64,000 nt of DNA, from the sequence record MW879340.1; one strand, 5' to 3'. Positions within the stretch are counted from its first letter, which is position 1. Each line of letters begins with the position of its first letter. The notes under the pieces were generated by a model. The model was not told the DNA's origin. It worked only from the letters and a program-made list of their open reading frames with translations, and searched no databases. Below, in pieces: positions 58,307 to 64,000 of the stretch. The position numbers and the translations under genes were made by a program.

Positions 58307-58723
58307 ATGTTAAATAAAGAAGTACGTATAGTCGTTGCCGGCGATAAAGGGTTCCACAACAAGGATCGTTTAAAGCTGGCACTTGATCGTCTCATCGCTG
58401 ATATCTTCTTAGTCAATGAAGGTGTGACCGATGAGGATGAGTTGTTAACGAAGGATCACATTCTGCTGATCACCAACGGCGAAGTTAAAACGTTGGCTGC
58501 GGAAGTGAAGGAGTACTCTGCTGAAAACCAGATCGATCTGCAAGAGATTGCGGTTGAATGGGACCGGGGTAAGAAAGCGTTCTTTGACAACTGCGGTGTA
58601 TTGGGGATGCGCTCTACCCATGCGATCATCTTCACCGGCCACAGTGACGAAGGAATGAAGACGCTGGTCAAAGACTGCCTGTCCGCAGGTAGCAGGGTGC
58701 GGGTATTTACCACCGCCGTCTAA
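58307..58723 (+). CDS. divergent SLOG-fold (YspA-like) protein
   Basis: VRIVVAGDKGF..LKLALD..LITNGE..EWD..HAIIF..GMKTLV parallels the SLOG domain of the next gene. Confidence 0.6.
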   Translation: MLNKEVRIVVAGDKGFHNKDRLKLALDRLIADIFLVNEGVTDEDELLTKDHILLITNGEVKTLAAEVKEYSAENQIDLQEIAVEWDRGKKAFFDNCGVLGMRSTHAIIFTGHSDEGMKTLVKDCLSAGSRVRVFTTAV

Positions 58724-58732
58724 GGATCTATT

Positions 58733-60022
58733 ATGATCGTATCGGAATCGCACATCGGCATTCTGGATGTTAAAGTCAGCCACGTCATCTGTACTGTCAA
58801 CACTGAAGGACATATGGGACGGGGAGTTGCACTTTATCTACGGAAGTGTATTCCTGGACTCTACGACGCATATCGTGAGCAGTGCAAACAAAAACAATTA
58901 CTGGTCAACACGCTGTGGGTTTACGAGAACAACGAACCGAGAATTCTTTGCTTCCCAACGAAAGACAAGACTTGGGAAGACAGCAGGCTGGAGTGGATTG
59001 AAACCAACCTGCGTACGCTGCGTGATACTTATCGGGAACGGGGCATCACGAGTGTTGCAATGCCACCGCTGGGCTGTGGCAACGGTGGTCTTAAGTGGGA
59101 GGACGTTCGTCCTCTCATTTATGCCATTTTGGGTGATTGTGATCTACAAGTGTACATCTGCCTTGGAGCCAAATTACCTAACCCGGATGACGACGTAACT
59201 AAACACATCAACATCTGGACGAAGTCGCGTCATTCATTAGGACGTGGTTTAAGCAACTTATCGAAGTACGGTTTCTTGCATGAAGATCACGGTTGGTTTG
59301 AATGCCTGGAAGGGTACTGGTATTGGTTGGCGACTGGTTGTAAACACGAACAGTTCAAAACCATGAACGGATGGGACGCCAAATCGATTGGATCGAAAAT
59401 GGATCGGGTGGAGATGCCTGACTTCCAGGAGCGGTTCAAAGAAGGGATGCGATTGCGTTTGGAACAAAACGAAATACTGCGTCTTGAATTGATCAACTCC
59501 ACATTACCGTTCGAACATTATTACGTCTACGGTAATCAGAATGGCAAGGTAGTGGATGTCAAAGCCCGCCATCAGTGGCAGCTCGACTTCTATGACGAAT
59601 ACCGTAAGGCTGAGAGGGCAAAATTGGAGCGTGATACCTTGAACGTATTAATTGCCGGTGGCCGGACGTTTAACAACTACCGTGTCTTTGATGCGGTGGT
59701 AAAAGAACAGCTGGCTCACTTTGAAACCCCGTTTGATGGGGATTATGATATCAACATCATTACCGGGTTGGCGCTCAGCGGCCCTGACGACATGGCGATT
59801 GAGTACTCCCGTAAGAACGGCTGTCAGCTGACTGGCTGGCCTGCACTGTGGGACAAGTACCAGAAACGGGCCGGGATGATTCGTAATCACCACATGTCCA
59901 AGCAGAATCTACACTACGCCATCATCTTCTGGGACGGTGAATCCCGCGGGACCAAGAACATGATCGACCTTCTCGTCAAGAATGATATAGCCCATTTTAT
60001 CTATATCTACCCCAAGGAGTAA
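58733..60022 (+). CDS. Macro (DarG-like) + NADAR-like + SLOG (YspA-like) fusion protein
   Basis: aa 1-143: TVNTEGHMGRGVA, FPTK, PPLGCGNGGLKW; aa ~158-295: LSNL..F.HE..LEGYWY..AK.IG..EQN..L..L; aa 303-429: IAGGR.F, ITG..GPD, W..Y.KRAGMIRN..M, FWDGESRGT..MI. Confidence 0.85.
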   Translation: MIVSESHIGILDVKVSHVICTVNTEGHMGRGVALYLRKCIPGLYDAYREQCKQKQLLVNTLWVYENNEPRILCFPTKDKTWEDSRLEWIETNLRTLRDTYRERGITSVAMPPLGCGNGGLKWEDVRPLIYAILGDCDLQVYICLGAKLPNPDDDVTKHINIWTKSRHSLGRGLSNLSKYGFLHEDHGWFECLEGYWYWLATGCKHEQFKTMNGWDAKSIGSKMDRVEMPDFQERFKEGMRLRLEQNEILRLELINSTLPFEHYYVYGNQNGKVVDVKARHQWQLDFYDEYRKAERAKLERDTLNVLIAGGRTFNNYRVFDAVVKEQLAHFETPFDGDYDINIITGLALSGPDDMAIEYSRKNGCQLTGWPALWDKYQKRAGMIRNHHMSKQNLHYAIIFWDGESRGTKNMIDLLVKNDIAHFIYIYPKE

Positions 60023-60028
60023 GTCGAC

Positions 60029-60697
60029 ATGAACGCAGCACGTCAAGCGGTCGAGCAGTACATTTCAACAGCCATGGCACAAGTGCTGTCGGGTAACAAG
60101 AACCCAGAGATCTACAAAGACTTCTTTGCTCGTCTTGACGACGATCAGTTTGAAGCTTTGCTGGAACGTATGGAAAAGGATGGTGAGTCTTTCCCGTTTT
60201 ACCATCCTAACTTCACCGGTAAGAACATTGACCTGGAGCAGCTGATTGAATTGATCACCAAAGAAGGTGGTGCGTTCATGGAGCAGATCCACATGGTCGA
60301 CTTCGAAACCGGGCAGAAGTTCTTGACACCTATCAAGTATCCGATCCTGCGCCTCCCACTGCGTATTCAGCAGCAGAAGTTGCAGAAGAAAATGTCGGTG
60401 CCGAAAGATAACAAACACGTGGATGACTTAACCGGTCAGCCTACTACGGAATCTAAAGGTTCTGCGATCTCGTATCCTGAGATTCAGATTCTCTATGCGA
60501 TGGGTCTGAACAAAACCATGCAGGAGCTCCTGAAGGTCCGTGGTGGCGATGAGAAAGCCTACCGCGAATATAACAACGAAATCATTGCTACGGGCGGTGT
60601 GAACGTTGGCGCCATCGCCAGTCAGAAAACCAAAGTGAAATCCACGAAGACCGTGGGGTCCATCCTGACCGCGATGATGCTGACCAACAACCTGTAA
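60029..60697 (+). CDS. virion RNA polymerase beta subunit, C-terminal fragment (phiKZ gp149-like)
   Basis: KKMSV..VDDLTGQP..SKGSAISYPEIQILYAMG..ELLKVRGGD corresponds to the C-terminal conserved region of RNAP beta. Confidence 0.88.
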   Translation: MNAARQAVEQYISTAMAQVLSGNKNPEIYKDFFARLDDDQFEALLERMEKDGESFPFYHPNFTGKNIDLEQLIELITKEGGAFMEQIHMVDFETGQKFLTPIKYPILRLPLRIQQQKLQKKMSVPKDNKHVDDLTGQPTTESKGSAISYPEIQILYAMGLNKTMQELLKVRGGDEKAYREYNNEIIATGGVNVGAIASQKTKVKSTKTVGSILTAMMLTNNL

Positions 60698-60707
60698 TGG
60701 AGTTGGT

Positions 60708-61307
60708 ATGTCAAGCAATAAATTAACGGCGTTCGTAGATTCGATTGCCAAGATTGCCAAGGCTGGCGAAATCCCTGTGCTGGAGATGGATGCTGCCGCA
60801 CAGGAAGTCACTGAAGAGTTCTTCCGTATCTGGTTGGTGTCACGTATCCGCCACAACAAAGCGCTGGCACGCGACATTAAAGAAGACAAAGTGTACACGG
60901 TAGTGGCTGGGTATGCGGTACGTTTGAACTCTGAGTTCTTCTATCCACGTATGTGGAGTGAGGCCGGAATCAAAGACATCATCACACAGCCTATCGAGTC
61001 TGACCAGGATCTGTTGGAGTTTGTATACCGTGGCGGTGCAACGTTGTATGCACGCATCTTCGGTAAGTCGAACGATAACAACAACCCGTCGTTTGACATG
61101 ATGACTAAGCACATCTGTGACAGCCTGTGCATCATGTCTAACAACTCCGACAAGAACCTGGTATCGGAAACACACCGTAGCGTCTTCCCGGTTTACCAGA
61201 CCACGCTTCAGCTGTTTACTGCGAACCCGTGGTTGGTGTTTATTTACTATCTGTGCCGCATCGACATCTATGAGATGATTACGGCAACTAAAGGGAGCAG
61301 CAAGTGA
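60708..61307 (+). CDS. phiKZ-like conserved hypothetical protein
   Basis: GGAG RBS; operonic with the RNAP fragment. Confidence 0.75.
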   Translation: MSSNKLTAFVDSIAKIAKAGEIPVLEMDAAAQEVTEEFFRIWLVSRIRHNKALARDIKEDKVYTVVAGYAVRLNSEFFYPRMWSEAGIKDIITQPIESDQDLLEFVYRGGATLYARIFGKSNDNNNPSFDMMTKHICDSLCIMSNNSDKNLVSETHRSVFPVYQTTLQLFTANPWLVFIYYLCRIDIYEMITATKGSSK

Positions 61308-62029
61308 GCGACAACATTACCTGTCTCGTTCCCCTTGATGCGTTAATGGATACTCGTCTGGCGACCCTGCGTCGCCTGAACGAAGAACAGTCCGTGGCGA
61401 TTCAAGGGTCCTGGTATCACAACCGCACCGTTGATACCTTTGACCGTAACGGGTCGAAGATTAATCAGCGTGCATTTGAAGCCCTGTACGAAGCCCGTGA
61501 TGAAGAGACGTTGAAAAACGCCTTTATGACCCAGCTGCCGAAATACCTGATGACGTTGATTGCGCGTCTGACAACCCAGCAGGGTATGCCGTTGCTGTCT
61601 CAGCAGTTCAAGATCGACATAAATCTCTACCCCTACCAACTCAGCGAGGAGGTAAGGGCTTCGATTGTTATGGCAATTGAGACGTACACGAATAATGCAG
61701 CGGAAGTTAACCTGGTCGACTTTGCACCGGAAGAACTGACTGTACAGCTGATAAAGAGCAAGTACCAAATTCTCTTTATGTACGACTTCAACGAATGGCT
61801 GATGAAGCACACGGAAGAGTTCAAGCAAACCACCATGCCAGAAGTGCGCGTGGTTGCTCCTCGCCTGTACCTGAAAGAAACCCCCACGGCTTTGTTAGCG
61901 AAGGTGGAATCTGAAGAGTACGGCTGGGAGCAGATGAGCCTGATGTTTGTTGGGCTGGTCGGGGTGGTATTTATGGACGTCAATCTGTTCTCCATAGTGA
62001 CCGATAACGAACCCGACCTTGATCCGTAG
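61304..62029 (+). CDS. phiKZ-like conserved hypothetical protein
   Basis: GTGA overlap; N-terminal LVPLDALMDTRL. Confidence 0.75.
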   Translation: MSDNITCLVPLDALMDTRLATLRRLNEEQSVAIQGSWYHNRTVDTFDRNGSKINQRAFEALYEARDEETLKNAFMTQLPKYLMTLIARLTTQQGMPLLSQQFKIDINLYPYQLSEEVRASIVMAIETYTNNAAEVNLVDFAPEELTVQLIKSKYQILFMYDFNEWLMKHTEEFKQTTMPEVRVVAPRLYLKETPTALLAKVESEEYGWEQMSLMFVGLVGVVFMDVNLFSIVTDNEPDLDP

Positions 62030-62479
62030 TTACTTGTCTTTCTTCATGATGTCATCGTACTCGATGTACTCGACACCAATGTGGGCTTCCTGAGAACTGA
62101 TGTTGTCTGTTGGCAGCAATCCTAATTGTGGTGCCGGTGCAGCGGGGTGTTCCGCTGTGCCCGCGCCTGTGCCGTCCGCCAACATCATTCCGCCTTTGTC
62201 CATGACCTGGTTCAGCAGGCCACCGATAGTACGTTGGAATTCGCCTTCGTTCTCAGCTGTCTGTTTGTCCAGCTCAAGACGACGTTGTTTCTGGATAGAG
62301 TTATCGACCCCGTCCATTGCGGAGAGTGCCACACGCAACATCTTCGGATCTTTATGCCTAACTTGTTCGCCAGGGTTTTCGGGAGGAGCGTCCATTACTC
62401 CCGTGATGATGTCCATGCGATAGCGCTGCATTTTTGTCAGCAACACCTCATCGCTATCAAGAGCAATGTTGTCACTCAT
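62030..62479 (-). CDS. hypothetical protein
   Basis: GGAGG RBS; abuts the stop of the convergent gene. Confidence 0.75.
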   Translation of the reverse strand: MSDNIALDSDEVLLTKMQRYRMDIITGVMDAPPENPGEQVRHKDPKMLRVALSAMDGVDNSIQKQRRLELDKQTAENEGEFQRTIGGLLNQVMDKGGMMLADGTGAGTAEHPAAPAPQLGLLPTDNISSQEAHIGVEYIEYDDIMKKDK

Positions 62480-62493
62480 ACTTCCTCCAAGAA

Positions 62494-62521
62494 ATTTCAG
62501 GACTATATTACTAAGGTGAAT
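62494..62521 (+). promoter_or_regulatory. phage early-type promoter motif
   Basis: ATTTCAG-GA-CTATATTACTAAGGTGAAT, contains TATATTAC. Confidence 0.7.
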
Positions 62522-62545
62522 GTGGAACTGAATTAAGGACTATCC

Positions 62546-63070
62546 ATGCGGTTCTTAAAACGCTTTTTCTTAACCCGTCTGTTAACTTCGTTAGAAGTGG
62601 CTCGACGTGATAACTATAAAACGGAAGATGGCCTACGTGCATTGACCGCGCTGCGGAAGGTTATCAACAGCGACAATCCCATAGAATACTTTAGCGTACG
62701 CAAGATGTTGGATGTGCGTATGCGAGTACAGACCCACTGTGCAACGAATTTGTTGATCACCTTAACCGAGATCAATGAAGCCTTGTCCGATGAGTCTACG
62801 TCTCTACCTGAACCCCGAATCATCTACCGGCTCTTGCAAGAGAACCGCGACATGACACTGTATGATTGGTTAGTGGATGAAGACAACAACGTCCTCGACA
62901 TTCCCGAGTTCTATGTTGCCTTTACACATCAGCTGAACGTGCTGTGTGATTTGGTCTTTCAGGTGGACGACATCGATCGTGACTACATCCTGCGCAAACT
63001 GACCCCGTTGTATACGGAGCTGTTGGTCGTGTTTGCAGCAACACTGGATTGTGGTTTGCGGAGTATCTGA
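62546..63070 (+). CDS. hypothetical protein
   Basis: AAGGA RBS; 174 aa. Confidence 0.75.
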   Translation: MRFLKRFFLTRLLTSLEVARRDNYKTEDGLRALTALRKVINSDNPIEYFSVRKMLDVRMRVQTHCATNLLITLTEINEALSDESTSLPEPRIIYRLLQENRDMTLYDWLVDEDNNVLDIPEFYVAFTHQLNVLCDLVFQVDDIDRDYILRKLTPLYTELLVVFAATLDCGLRSI

Positions 63071-63084
63071 AGGAGTATAACCCG

Positions 63085-63576
63085 TTGGAAAAGAAGAAAC
63101 CAAAAGAGAAGATGGAAGAGCTCCTTACTGACCCTAGTAAGAAAAGCTATTCCACCTCGCACTACCTCTTGCGGCTTTGGCGTGAGTTCTTAGCAGCGGA
63201 AAACGTGACACCTTCAAAGTGGACGCGCTTAGTAGCGAGTCATGTTTCCAAGCTACGTCAAGTCAAAAGCATGAGTGCTCAGGATATCGGCACCGCCCGC
63301 GGTAACCTGGTCAAAGTGTTTATTGAAAAACCTACCATGTCTTTCCAAGCTCTGATACGGGGGATGGAGTTCTTAGAATTCAGATCCGTTCGTATTCAGA
63401 TCACCGGCACGCGACCGGATGGTACCGAAGTAACCAACGCAACTACCATCCCGTTGGTGAAACGTCGCATGTTCGGTGAACCGCAGTCTCAACCAGAGGA
63501 GCAAACGACGTCGGGCCCTTCTGATGATGACATTGGTGACATGGAAACCGAAGAAGATGTAGAAGAAGTAAAATGA
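63085..63576 (+). CDS. hypothetical protein with acidic C-terminus
   Basis: TTG 63085 with AAGGAG RBS (alternatives 63049 or 63112). Confidence 0.7.
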   Translation: MEKKKPKEKMEELLTDPSKKSYSTSHYLLRLWREFLAAENVTPSKWTRLVASHVSKLRQVKSMSAQDIGTARGNLVKVFIEKPTMSFQALIRGMEFLEFRSVRIQITGTRPDGTEVTNATTIPLVKRRMFGEPQSQPEEQTTSGPSDDDIGDMETEEDVEEVK

Positions 63577-63583
63577 TATAGCC

Positions 63584-63622
63584 GGTGGGGAGACGTCCCC
63601 ACCACTATCTTCTTTTTTTTTT
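63584..63622 (+). terminator. intrinsic terminator
   Basis: GGTGGGGA-GACG-TCCCCACC then a T run. Confidence 0.75.
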
Positions 63623-63639
63623 GGTTTCGTGGAGGCCGT

Positions 63640-64000
63640 ATGGCTGTTGATATTAACAACTCGATTGGTCCGGCTCTCAAGCAGGCCGGTTCAGTTACGA
63701 CCGGTGCGGTGTCTAAAGCCACGTCGATGTTTACGGGTGGATTGAAAGAGAACTTAGCACTCGTTGACTCCACGGCTAAAAGCGGCATTGAAGCACTCAA
63801 CGCCTTTAAGGATGATCAGATTGGGCAAGTCAGCTCGTTCATCAAAAAGATCTCCAGTGGCGCATTATCAGTCAGTGAACTCAGTAAGTACATTGACATC
63901 CGTAACGGCTTTAAGATCGACTACGCAGGGTTAAGCAAACAGCTAGGTAATGCGGCGGGCTTCCCGATCGAATCCATCATGAACATAACGGAGGACATCA
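63640..64000 (+). CDS. partial CDS running off the window, probable virion protein
   Basis: GGAGG RBS; MAVDINNSIGPALKQ... open for 120 codons to the window end. Confidence 0.75.
   Translation, partial: MAVDINNSIGPALKQAGSVTTGAVSKATSMFTGGLKENLALVDSTAKSGIEALNAFKDDQIGQVSSFIKKISSGALSVSELSKYIDIRNGFKIDYAGLSKQLGNAAGFPIESIMNITEDI

Overview
64-kb segment of a phiKZ-related (Chimalliviridae-type, probably nucleus-forming) jumbo phage, most likely infecting Enterobacterales (ygiB, tdk and ligA resemble the E. coli proteins). The right end carries the phiKZ-like core block: virion RNA polymerase beta C-terminal fragment, UvsX/RecA, long RNase H and virion proteins. The rest is mainly accessory: NAD-dependent DNA ligase, a MazG fusion, YgiB/DUF1190 lipoprotein, many small membrane proteins, collagen-like fibre proteins, three cassettes of paralogous virion/tail proteins (10 genes), lectin-type adhesins, a frameshifted Toprim primase-like gene, an RNA-ligase/RtcB/thymidine kinase operon, a DHFR fusion and an SNF2-type helicase. 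Best leads: (1) a Macro(DarG-like)-NADAR-like-SLOG triple fusion with an adjacent second SLOG gene, a candidate NAD/ADP-ribose counter-defence module; (2) a shared N-terminal M(L/I/F)E-hydrophobic-G tag on six putative virion proteins with three kinds of adhesin domain plus the cassette core domain; (3) a free-standing 61-aa protein that looks like the C-terminal redox arm of ribonucleotide reductase; (4) a MazG domain fused to a catalytically dead prohead-protease-like domain; (5) a solo ligase domain Ia; (6) repeated non-coding grammar: a 7-copy early-type promoter, hairpin+TTATGCCG terminators and a pre-Shine-Dalgarno leader motif. All family calls come from motifs recognised by eye; no database search was run. 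No tRNA, CRISPR array, integrase or transposase was seen.
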